A model generated the notes under the pieces. It saw only the letters and a program-made list of their open reading frames with translations. It was not told the DNA's origin and ran no database searches. The position numbers and the translations under genes were made by a program. This document shows, piece by piece, positions 1-8,350 of a DNA stretch of 64,000 nucleotides; position 1 is the first letter of the stretch, and each line of letters begins with the position of its first letter. The stretch is from an uncultured Candidatus Rokubacteria bacterium (lineage in GTDB: Bacteria > Methylomirabilota > Methylomirabilia > Rokubacteriales > DASRDR01): contig CAWGVS010000006.1 in NCBI GenBank assembly GCA_963826115.1, positions 768,001 through 832,000 of the forward strand. Direction: 5' to 3'.

Positions 1-86
1 CGCCACTGGAGCTCGGTTCCGGTGGCCCCGTCGAGGAAGACGACCCGTCCCGCCGCGAGCCGTTCTCGAATCGCCGCCATGCTCAT
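1..86 (-). CDS. Homocysteine S-methyltransferase family protein, N-terminal part (runs off the window edge)
   Basis: Manual translation of the minus strand gives MSMAAIRERLAAGRVVFLDGATGTELQW; LDGAxGTEL is the family's N-terminal motif. Confidence 0.75.
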   Translation of the reverse strand, partial: MSMAAIRERLAAGRVVFLDGATGTELQW

Positions 87-124
87 CGCGATCCTCCGCC
101 GACCGGGAGCGCCCGCGTGCCGGC

Positions 125-535
125 CTAGCGGAGGCCGCCCAGCCGGCGGACGAGCTTCCACTCGGCGTCGGTGACCGGCTGGACGGACAGCCGCGACTGG
201 CGTACCAGCACCATGCCGGCGAGGCGCTTGTCGGCCTTGATCTGCTCGAGGCTGACCGCCTTCGGGAGCGGCTCGACCGCGGCGACGTCGATGGCCTGCC
301 AGTCCCGGTCGGTGGAGTCCGGGTGCGCCTCGGCGACGACGGTGACGATCCCGACGACCGCGCGCTCCTTGCCGGTGTGGTAGAAGAACGCCCGCTCGCC
401 CTTCTTCATGGCGCGGAGGTTGCGCTGGGCGGTGTGGTTGCGGATGCCGGTCCACTCGGCGCCCTTGGCGCCGCTCGCGACCTGCTTCGCCCACGACCAG
501 TCGTCGGGCTCGGACTTGAGGAGCCAGTACGCCAT
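125..535 (-). CDS. EVE domain-containing protein
   Basis: MAYWLLKSEPDDWSW...W.GIRN..A...FFYHTG...RLSVQPV is the typical EVE pattern; start trimmed to ATG 535. Confidence 0.93.
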   Translation of the reverse strand: MAYWLLKSEPDDWSWAKQVASGAKGAEWTGIRNHTAQRNLRAMKKGERAFFYHTGKERAVVGIVTVVAEAHPDSTDRDWQAIDVAAVEPLPKAVSLEQIKADKRLAGMVLVRQSRLSVQPVTDAEWKLVRRLGGLR

Positions 536-783
536 GCCGCGCGATCCTCCTGCCGCTCCGGGGCCGAGTGGCCGCACGGGGCCGCGGCCCCACAGTAGCC
601 GACCTCACGAGCTTCGTCGATCCGTCGCCACCGGGTGAGTGGGGAGCGAGCGCGGGGCGCTCGGTGCCGGCCACCCCGCGATCCCCTCGGGTGGGCAGTG
701 GCGTTCAGGCATCAGGACTATCCACATCTGGACGGAGCCAACCTTGACCCATGGGCGGCCCCGGGCTAGTCTGTGCCGCTGCC

Positions 784-3700
784 ATGGAGTCGAAGTGCCA
801 GGCCTGTGGCGCCATCGTGCAGCCGGCCAGCCGGTTCTGCCAGGCCTGTGGGCGGCGGCTTCCGGTCGTTTCCTCTCCCGCGCTGCGCACCGCGACGCCG
901 CTGGCGTACACGCCCCCGCACCTGGCCGAGCGCATCCTGACCACGCGCGCGGCGCTGGAGGGCGAGCACAAGCGCCTGACCGTGCTCTTCTGCGACATCA
1001 CGGAATCGAGCGTCGTGACGCAGCGCCTGGGATCGGAGGGCGCGTACGAGCTCATGAGCCGATTCTTCGAGGTGGCGCTCCGGGAAGTGCATCGCTACGA
1101 GGGGACCATCAACCAGTTCCTGGGCGACGGCTTCATGGCGCTGTTCGGCGCTCCGCTGGCCATCGAGCACCACGAGCGCCAGGCGCTTCTCGCCGCGCTG
1201 GCCATCCGTCAGGCCCTCAGGGAGGCCTTCGCGGACGCGGGGCCCGTCTCCGGCAGCCCGTTGCAGGTGCGGATGGGTATCAACACCGGGTTCGTCGTCG
1301 TCGGGAAGATCGGCGACAACCTCCGGATGGACTACACGGCGATCGGCCACACGACGAACGTCGCGGCGCGCCTTCAGGGTCACGCGACTCCCGGCGCGAT
1401 CCTCGTCAGCCAGGCGACCTACGAGCGCGTCGAGTCCTTCGTCGAGAGCGAGGCGCTGGGCTCGATCGATCTCAAGGGGACCGGTCCCGTCGTCGCGCAC
1501 CGCCTGCTGGGGCTTCGACCGTCGCGCTCCACGCTCGAGGGGCCGCGCGACCGCACGCTCAGCCCGTTCGTCGGGCGCGAGCGCGAGCTGGACGTGCTGC
1601 AGGACGCGCTGACTCACCTGGAGGCGGGCCGGGGCCACGCGGTGGGGATCGTGGGCGAGGCCGGGATCGGCAAGTCGCGGCTCCTCGCCGAGTTCCGGCA
1701 GTCCTTGACCGGCCGCCGGTTCACCTACCTCGAGGGCCGCTGCCCGTCCTACGGCGCGTCGATTCCGTGGCTGCCCGTCATCGACTTCCTGCGCGCGAAC
1801 TGCCGTCTCGTGGACACCGACCCTCCGGAGCTGGTGGCCCGAAAGCTGGGCGATGCCCTTCGCGAGGTCGGGATGGATGCCGACGAGGCGGCGCCCCTCC
1901 TCATGCATCTCTGTGGGCTCAAGGACGCGACCGGGCCACTGGAAGGCCTGAGCCCGGAGATGATCAAGGCGCGCACGTTCGACGTCCTGCGCCAGCTCGC
2001 CCTCCGCGGCAGCCGGCTCCGTCCGATCATCTTCGTGATCGAGGACCTGCACTGGATCGACCAGACCTCGGAGGAGTTCCTCGCGACGCTCGCCGACCGG
2101 CTCGTGGGCGCGCCCATCCTGATGATCACGACATACCGGCACGGCTACACCCCCCGATGGATCGATCGTTCCTACACGACGCAGCTCGCGGTCCGCCCGC
2201 TGACCGAGCAGGCCGGTGTCCAGCTGGTCCGCTCCGTGCTCGAGTCGGGCGGAACGGCCGACGCCCTGGTCGGCGTGATCGTCGGCCGCGCCGAGGGCAA
2301 TCCGCTGTTCCTGGAGGAGCTGGCGCGGACGGCCCGCCAGCATCCCGGCGAGTCGGCCGAGTCCACGGTGCCCGAGACCCTTCACGACGTTCTGGCCGCC
2401 CGGATCGACCGCCTCCCGGACGAGGCCAAGAGCATCCTGCAGGTGGCCTCCGTCCTGGGCCGGGAATTCCCGATGCGGCTGCTCGCCGCAGTGACCGGGC
2501 TGACGGACGGTCTCGAGGGGCAGCTCCGCGACCTGACGCGACTCGAGTTCCTGTACGAGTACAGCTGGACCGCGGAGCCGATGTTTGCGTTCACGCACGC
2601 GCTCACCCGGGACGCGGCGTACGCGAGCATGCTCGATAGCAGGCGCCGGCAGTATCACCTGGCGGCGGGGCAGGCGCTCGAGGAGGCGCACCGCGATCGT
2701 CCGGACGAGGTCGTGGAGGTCCTCGCCCGGCACTTCGGCCTGAGCCCCGACGACGACCGAGCGGTCGCGTACGCGTTGCGCGCCGCCGAGAAGGCGCAGC
2801 GTCGCTGGGCGAACGCCGAGGCGATTCGGCACTTCGACTCCGCCCTGCAGCGACTCGCGCGCGGCCCGGACACGCCGGCCAGCCGGCGGCGACGGGTGGA
2901 GGCGCTGGTCAAGCAGTCCGAGGTCCGCTTCGCGCTGGGCGAGCAGGCGCAGCACCTCCAGGCGCTCCAGGACATCGGCCCCCTCGTCGACGAGGCGACC
3001 GAGCCGAACATTCGGGCGTCCTGGCACTACTGGGTGGGCTTCCTGCACAGCATGACGGGAGGGCCTCCGGCCGAGGCGATCGAGCACTGTCGTGCCGCGG
3101 CCGCCGTCGCGGACGGCGCCGGCCTCGAGGAGACGCGGGCGCTCGCCGACACGTGCCTGGCGCAGGTCTCCTTCTTCGCCGGCGACCTCCGGAGCGCGCG
3201 CGACGCCGGCGAGCGCGCCCTCGGCGTCTTCGAGGCGCGCGCCAATCACTGGATGGCGTGCCGCGCGCTCTCGCACCTGAGCCCGACGGCCAACGCGCTC
3301 GGGGCCTGGGCCGACGGCCTCGGGTTCTGCCGGCGCGCGCTCGAGCACGCCGAGGCCGTCGACGATCTACGGCTCAGGATATCCGCGCTGATCCGGACGG
3401 CGTCCACCCATATCCAGCGCGGCGCGTGGGAGGAGGGCGTTCGGCTCTGCGACGATGCCCTCGCGCTCGGGCCGAGCCCGTTCGACGACGCCGCGGCCCG
3501 GGCGATCAGGGGCCACGGGCTTGCGCGAGGCGGCCGGTTCGACGAGGGCATCCGCTTGCTGTCGGACGCGCTGACCTGGTGGGAGCGCGCCAAGGTCCGC
3601 TTTACCCGCACCCAGTTCGCCCTGTGGCTGGCGGAGGCGCACGTGAAGGCCAGAGACCTCGAGAGCGCGAGGTCGCTGGCCGACGAGGCCCTCGCGACCA

Positions 3701-4011
3701 GCCGCGAGCTGGGCTATCGATACCTCGAGGGCATCGCGGCGCGTCTCCGCGGCGAATGCCGCGCCTCCGGCGATCCGGCCGGGGCGGCGGAGGATCTCGA
3801 AGCGGCGGCCCGGATCCTCGAGGAGATCGGCGCCCGCAACGAGCTGGCCAAGACCTGGCTCGCCCAGGCGGGTCTGTCGAGGAGCTCCGATCGCGCGGCC
3901 GCGGAGGCCGCGGCCGCGCGCGCCCGCGCGACGCTGCGGGAGCTGGGAACGCTCGAGGCGGATCGGGAGATCGAGTCCGGGCGGGCCTCGGGTCTCTCGC
4001 CGTCCCCATGA
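784..4011 (+). CDS. Zinc ribbon + class III adenylate/guanylate cyclase + AAA ATPase + TPR protein
   Basis: CQACG..FCQACG ribbon; cyclase motifs VLFCD, FLGDGFMALFG, GINTG, NVAARLQ; Walker A GEAGIGKS; Walker B IEDLHW; helical TPR-like C-terminus. Confidence 0.93.
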   Translation: MESKCQACGAIVQPASRFCQACGRRLPVVSSPALRTATPLAYTPPHLAERILTTRAALEGEHKRLTVLFCDITESSVVTQRLGSEGAYELMSRFFEVALREVHRYEGTINQFLGDGFMALFGAPLAIEHHERQALLAALAIRQALREAFADAGPVSGSPLQVRMGINTGFVVVGKIGDNLRMDYTAIGHTTNVAARLQGHATPGAILVSQATYERVESFVESEALGSIDLKGTGPVVAHRLLGLRPSRSTLEGPRDRTLSPFVGRERELDVLQDALTHLEAGRGHAVGIVGEAGIGKSRLLAEFRQSLTGRRFTYLEGRCPSYGASIPWLPVIDFLRANCRLVDTDPPELVARKLGDALREVGMDADEAAPLLMHLCGLKDATGPLEGLSPEMIKARTFDVLRQLALRGSRLRPIIFVIEDLHWIDQTSEEFLATLADRLVGAPILMITTYRHGYTPRWIDRSYTTQLAVRPLTEQAGVQLVRSVLESGGTADALVGVIVGRAEGNPLFLEELARTARQHPGESAESTVPETLHDVLAARIDRLPDEAKSILQVASVLGREFPMRLLAAVTGLTDGLEGQLRDLTRLEFLYEYSWTAEPMFAFTHALTRDAAYASMLDSRRRQYHLAAGQALEEAHRDRPDEVVEVLARHFGLSPDDDRAVAYALRAAEKAQRRWANAEAIRHFDSALQRLARGPDTPASRRRRVEALVKQSEVRFALGEQAQHLQALQDIGPLVDEATEPNIRASWHYWVGFLHSMTGGPPAEAIEHCRAAAAVADGAGLEETRALADTCLAQVSFFAGDLRSARDAGERALGVFEARANHWMACRALSHLSPTANALGAWADGLGFCRRALEHAEAVDDLRLRISALIRTASTHIQRGAWEEGVRLCDDALALGPSPFDDAAARAIRGHGLARGGRFDEGIRLLSDALTWWERAKVRFTRTQFALWLAEAHVKARDLESARSLADEALATSRELGYRYLEGIAARLRGECRASGDPAGAAEDLEAAARILEEIGARNELAKTWLAQAGLSRSSDRAAAEAAAARARATLRELGTLEADREIESGRASGLSPSP

Positions 4012-4052
4012 GCACTACTGTCGGTCGAGGTCCGTCGAAGACCGCCTGACGA

Positions 4053-4700
4053 ATGGCGGGAGGCTCTCAAACTTCTAGCGGCGGACCTCTCCGCCAGAGG
4101 GGGAAGCGATGCCCGGTGACTGGACGCGTCGATGAGGATAGCCCGAACCCGCTGGACCGGCTGGGGCAGAAGATCATCTTCGGATGGAACGCCTACTCCA
4201 AGCACAGTCGGCCTCAGCGCGAGAACAACTGGGACACGACGATACCGAACAATGACAACACCGCGGGCAAGAACTGGTCGTTTCGCGCAGAGACCTTCAG
4301 CATTCAGAGCTCACTCCTGCTTCCGTACTACATCACGGACTCGGACGGTGACCAGGTAGGCGAGCATCTGCTATTCGGCTGGAGCTCGACCGGAGTCGCC
4401 GAAGCGCCGGCGAACTGGCCTGACATCACCATTCCGGCCAACTTTGCGGTCGACACGGCCAAGCTGGCAAAGATCATCCTGTTCGACAGGAATCCCTTCG
4501 GCCAGTCGAACCAGGTGGTCAGGAAGATCTCGGGGTGGCCCAGCAAGGTCAGGAAAGACTTCCGCTGGGCGGAATGGTCACACGGCGCGCTCAGGTACCG
4601 GATCGAGAAGAGCGTCGTCGTTCCATGGTGCTTGGTCACGGCGGGCCCGACGGTTCGGCATAACCTGCTCGTCGGTTACGTCGGGGGTGGCGGCTACTAG
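4053..4700 (+). CDS. Hypothetical protein made of two internally repeated ~90-aa domains
   Basis: Protein-like ORF in visibly lower-GC DNA; two halves align by eye; start may be GTG ~4116. Confidence 0.65.
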   Translation: MAGGSQTSSGGPLRQRGKRCPVTGRVDEDSPNPLDRLGQKIIFGWNAYSKHSRPQRENNWDTTIPNNDNTAGKNWSFRAETFSIQSSLLLPYYITDSDGDQVGEHLLFGWSSTGVAEAPANWPDITIPANFAVDTAKLAKIILFDRNPFGQSNQVVRKISGWPSKVRKDFRWAEWSHGALRYRIEKSVVVPWCLVTAGPTVRHNLLVGYVGGGGY

Positions 4701-4770
4701 GTCGAGAGCGACGGGCGTTCATTCTCCGGCCGGATGCCAGGGCGCAAACCCATCGCCCTGGCATCCGGGC

Positions 4771-6126
4771 CTAGTGCGTCAATTGTTCAAGGCGCGTCAC
4801 GATCCTGTCTTTGGAGTCTTGGTCCAGATGATCCCGGTCCGGGGGCATGAATCCTTGCTTCACCAGGATCAGCATGACCTTCCGGCGGGCCAGCACTGCC
4901 TCCTTGTCGAAGACGTGATACGCGAGAGAGCTGTGGCAGCGGAAGCAGAGCCTGTTGAGATCGGCGAGGAGCGCGGCGTCCTCTGAGCCCTGCCACGTGG
5001 CTCCCATCGGGTGAGACGACGGGATCGGGCGCTCGATCGGCAGGAGGAAGGTTACCGTGCTGGCATGGCGGATGAGCCAGTTCTGAACCGCTCGACACTG
5101 AAACGCGGCGGGCGCGATCGAGCAGTTCTGCGCCTGTATCTCGAGGTTGATCTGCCGGATCGTCCTGAACGCGCGGGCGAACGCGTCCGTCAGCGGATCC
5201 CGCCCGCCGTCGAAAATCACGCCGTGGAGGCTCTGGGTCAGAACATGCGAGAAGTCGTCCTGGATCTGCACCCGATCGTTCCAGTGGTCCGTGTCCAGGT
5301 AGTTGAGCATCTCCCGCTCGGTCGCGCCACCGTGACACTGAACGCAAGCAGCGGGCACATAGTAGGGCGTACAGGAGGTGTGTGCGGACACGTCACCGTC
5401 GAACGTCGCGCAGAGATGGTCCCCGACTAGGTAGCCCTCCTGGCCAGGCTGGTACACAAGGAAGTACGCGCGCCGTCCGCTGGCATCGGGCAAGTCCCGG
5501 ACGAGGATGACTTGATTGTTCACCGACGGATTCACGAAGGGATCCTCGGGGAGCCGCGCCGACGGCTGAAAGACGTTGAAGAGCAGGAACATGCTGACGA
5601 TCCCGGCGTCCGCCGCGCGAGATCCCGGGAGAGCGCGAAGTCGAACGAGCTTGCGCCACCCGTAGTGGTCCGGGGGTGGCTGCTGCTGGCCGCTGCTCAC
5701 CGGCGTCGCCACCGTCGTGATCTTCGGAGCGAAGAATCGGCTTGCGAGGACGTCGCCCGAAGGGAACGCGGCCATGATCGTGGCGGGATGGGTCGTCTCC
5801 AGGTACGATGGAGTCAGAGCCCCGTATCCCACGTAGGCGAGGATGTTCTCCAGTCGAGACGTCGTGACGTCGAGACCCAGGGGTGTCGAGATATCTCGAT
5901 AGTAGACGTCGGCGTCGTTCGGATTCCCATGGACGACGCGGAGCTCGATCGCGCCGTTCGGCGCGACATCGAGCCAGCGGGTTCTCATGGGCGGGTTCGA
6001 CCCCGTAGCTCCCTCAAGGGCTAGACAGAGAGCAAGAATACAGCTAGCGACGATTAGTGAGACTCGGAGCGACCCGCGGGGCCGAGGATCAGCGTCAGGC
6101 TCAGCCTTCACCGGCCAGTGCGCCAT
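4771..6126 (-). CDS. Exported protein with two c-type heme-binding motifs (putative diheme cytochrome c)
   Basis: Hydrophobic signal-like segment LIVASCILALCLALEG; CVQCH and CFRCH motifs; C-terminal MPP as possible distal Met ligand. Start uncertain. Confidence 0.7.
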   Translation of the reverse strand: MAHWPVKAEPDADPRPRGSLRVSLIVASCILALCLALEGATGSNPPMRTRWLDVAPNGAIELRVVHGNPNDADVYYRDISTPLGLDVTTSRLENILAYVGYGALTPSYLETTHPATIMAAFPSGDVLASRFFAPKITTVATPVSSGQQQPPPDHYGWRKLVRLRALPGSRAADAGIVSMFLLFNVFQPSARLPEDPFVNPSVNNQVILVRDLPDASGRRAYFLVYQPGQEGYLVGDHLCATFDGDVSAHTSCTPYYVPAACVQCHGGATEREMLNYLDTDHWNDRVQIQDDFSHVLTQSLHGVIFDGGRDPLTDAFARAFRTIRQINLEIQAQNCSIAPAAFQCRAVQNWLIRHASTVTFLLPIERPIPSSHPMGATWQGSEDAALLADLNRLCFRCHSSLAYHVFDKEAVLARRKVMLILVKQGFMPPDRDHLDQDSKDRIVTRLEQLTH

Positions 6127-6329
6127 GGCGTTCCTCCGGGCCCCACTGTAGCCGACCGGCCGGGCCGAGTCGATCTGCCGCCGACCAGCTGTTGCGCCGC
6201 CGCCCGCGATTGGATGACCCGACCCGGGCTCGTGTGGCGAGCGCGGCCTTCACGATGGGCGCGCCATCTGTTAAATTCAGATTTTGCGGCCAGGGCGATC
6301 CGAGCCATGCGGAGCGGCGTGACAAGACC

Positions 6330-6551
6330 ATGACGGGCAAGGCCATCCAGGACCTCGTGGGGCGCGTGATGCTCGACCGGGACTTCCTCGCGGAGCTCGT
6401 GCGCGATCCCGACCGGATCCTCGCCGGCTACGCGCTCACCCCCGACGAGCGCGCCATCGTGCTGGAGGCCCTCGGCCGCGGAGCTCCGGTCTCGGCGGGC
6501 GAGGGCGCGCAGGACCTCCGGGACACCGTGCTCAAGCGCTGGGCCACCTAG
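6330..6551 (+). CDS. 73-aa NHLP-clan (Os1348 / Franean1_4349-like) leader-type peptide
   Basis: MTGKAIQDLVGRVMLDRDFLAELVRDPDRILAGYALTPDE matches the GR...D..F...L..DP...L.GY.LT.EE pattern; 10 nt from the next gene. Confidence 0.72.
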   Translation: MTGKAIQDLVGRVMLDRDFLAELVRDPDRILAGYALTPDERAIVLEALGRGAPVSAGEGAQDLRDTVLKRWAT

Positions 6552-6561
6552 GCCGGCGGCC

Positions 6562-7065
6562 ATGCTGGACCCGCGCGCCGGCGTCGATTTCCTCCGCCGA
6601 GTCCCGCTCTTCCACGACCTCGAGGAGACGGTGCTCCGCGCCCTCTGGCCGAGCTTCCGCGAGCGGCGCCTCCGGCGGGGCGACGTGCTCTTCCGCATCG
6701 GCGATCCGGGCGAGGAGCTCTTCCTCCTGAAGGAGGGGAGCATCGTCGTCTCGAAGCCGGTGACCGGTCGGGTCGAGCAGGTGCTGGCGCGCATCGAGCC
6801 GGGCGAGGCGTTCGGCGAGATGAGCGTGTTCGGCGACGAGCGCCACCGCTCGGCGACGTGCCAGGCCGAGGCCGACGCCGTGCTCTACAGCCTCGACCGG
6901 GTGAGCCTCGACCGCTTCATCGCGAGCGATCCGATGGTGGCTGCCCGGTTCTTCCAGCACATGGCGCAGGCGGCGTTCCGGCGGCTCCGCGACTCGTCCG
7001 ACCTGGTCGCCGAGGTCACCCGCTGGGGGCTCGAGGCCACGGGCCTGGACGTCGAGCACGGGTAG
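6562..7065 (+). CDS. Stand-alone cyclic nucleotide-binding domain protein
   Basis: LFRIGDPG..LFLLKEG and intact phosphate-binding cassette FGEMSVF...RSAT; no HTH. Confidence 0.9.
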   Translation: MLDPRAGVDFLRRVPLFHDLEETVLRALWPSFRERRLRRGDVLFRIGDPGEELFLLKEGSIVVSKPVTGRVEQVLARIEPGEAFGEMSVFGDERHRSATCQAEADAVLYSLDRVSLDRFIASDPMVAARFFQHMAQAAFRRLRDSSDLVAEVTRWGLEATGLDVEHG

Positions 7066-7101
7066 CTCCCGCCGCCCGCGGGCCCGCCTCGCGACACGAC
7101 G

Positions 7102-8331
7102 GTGACGACCCGGCCGAAGCGCGCCCGCCTGGAGCTGCTCGTCCGTCAGACGGACGGGGAAGGCTTCCAGGTCCGGGAGATCCCGAGCGCCGCCGCCTAC
7201 CTCCACAGCCGGCCCCAGCGGATTCCCGACGGGGACTGGGAGCTGGCGCGGCTCCCGTACGTCGCGCGGGGCGGCGCCACCTACGCGCTCAAGAATGTCC
7301 GCAACGAGGAGATCATCCAGATCACCGAGGCGGAGCGGTTTCTCTGGGACCAGATGGACGGGCGGGCCTCGCTCCAGGAGATCGCCACCGCGTACCTCCT
7401 GGCCCACGGCGCGTTCGACTTCGAGGTCATTCCTACCCTGATCGTGAAGCTCCTGCGGGCCGACCTCCTGACCATGCGCCCGGTCTCGCGGCTGCGGGCG
7501 GTCCTCGCCCGGAACCGCCGGAACGCGGCCGCCCGCGCGATGGAGGGGACGCTCCACGCGCTCGAGCGGCTCACCGTGGCGAGCCGGCGGGCGCACGACG
7601 TCTTCGCGCGCGCGTATCGCCGCGGCGGCTTCCTCCTCTTCTCGCCGCTGGCGGTGCTCGCGCTCGTCGCCGTGACGGGCCTGGGCGCGTGGAGCGCGGT
7701 CCGCATCTGGCACGAGCTGGGCGAGGTGACTCACGGGCTCGCGATGCACCCGGTGATCGCGATTCTCCTCGTGAAGGCCGTCTTCTGGCTCACGGTCATC
7801 AACCACCAGGTGATCCACGCGCTGGCGTGCGTCCACTACGGGCGTCGGGTGCGCGAGTTCGGCTTCACGCTCCTGCACGGCTTCATCCCGACGTTCTACG
7901 CGGACGTCACCGACATCTTCATGGCGAGCCGGCGGGCGCGGATCGTCACCGCGGTGTCCGGCCCGCTGTTCCACCTGTTCATGGGGTCGCTCTGCCTCTG
8001 GATCGGAGCGATGCTGGCCCCGGGGCTCCTCCAGGGGTTCCTGGTCGCCTCGGCGATCCTCCAGCTCCAGTCGTTCCTGGTGAGCCTCTACCCGTTCTGC
8101 TTCCTCGAGATGGACGGCTACCACCTCCTGGTGGAGTGGCTCGGCATCCCGACGCTCAACCACGACGCCGTCCGCTTCGTCCACGAGTCGCTGTGGGGGC
8201 GCCTCCGGGATCTCGACCCCCTGACGCGCCGCGAGACCGTCTACATCGCCTACTACGCGCTGTCGCTCGTGTCGGTGACGGCTCTCGTCCTCGGGACGCT
8301 CTGGCTCCTGGTCCTCGCGGGCGAGGCCTGA
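7102..8331 (+). CDS. PqqD/RRE-domain + M50 (site-2 protease-like) membrane protein with HQxxH variant motif
   Basis: RRE-like segment IIQITEAERFLWDQMDGRASLQEIA; TM helices; NHQVIHALACVHYGRRVREFG, FYADVTD, AVSGP, YPFCFLEMDGY. Confidence 0.8.
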   Translation: MTTRPKRARLELLVRQTDGEGFQVREIPSAAAYLHSRPQRIPDGDWELARLPYVARGGATYALKNVRNEEIIQITEAERFLWDQMDGRASLQEIATAYLLAHGAFDFEVIPTLIVKLLRADLLTMRPVSRLRAVLARNRRNAAARAMEGTLHALERLTVASRRAHDVFARAYRRGGFLLFSPLAVLALVAVTGLGAWSAVRIWHELGEVTHGLAMHPVIAILLVKAVFWLTVINHQVIHALACVHYGRRVREFGFTLLHGFIPTFYADVTDIFMASRRARIVTAVSGPLFHLFMGSLCLWIGAMLAPGLLQGFLVASAILQLQSFLVSLYPFCFLEMDGYHLLVEWLGIPTLNHDAVRFVHESLWGRLRDLDPLTRRETVYIAYYALSLVSVTALVLGTLWLLVLAGEA

Positions 8332-8350
8332 CGGCGGCGGGCCGACCGCG

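Noticed and set aside
125-535. EVE protein as part of a modification-dependent defence system
   Set aside because: Stand-alone, no nuclease partner, housekeeping-like context.
4008-4052. 13-codon ORF (MSTTVGRGPSKTA) overlapping the cyclase stop and in frame with 4053 across one TGA; considered readthrough or selenocysteine
   Set aside because: No convincing SECIS or redox motif, and downstream starts exist; probably chance or an insertion junction.
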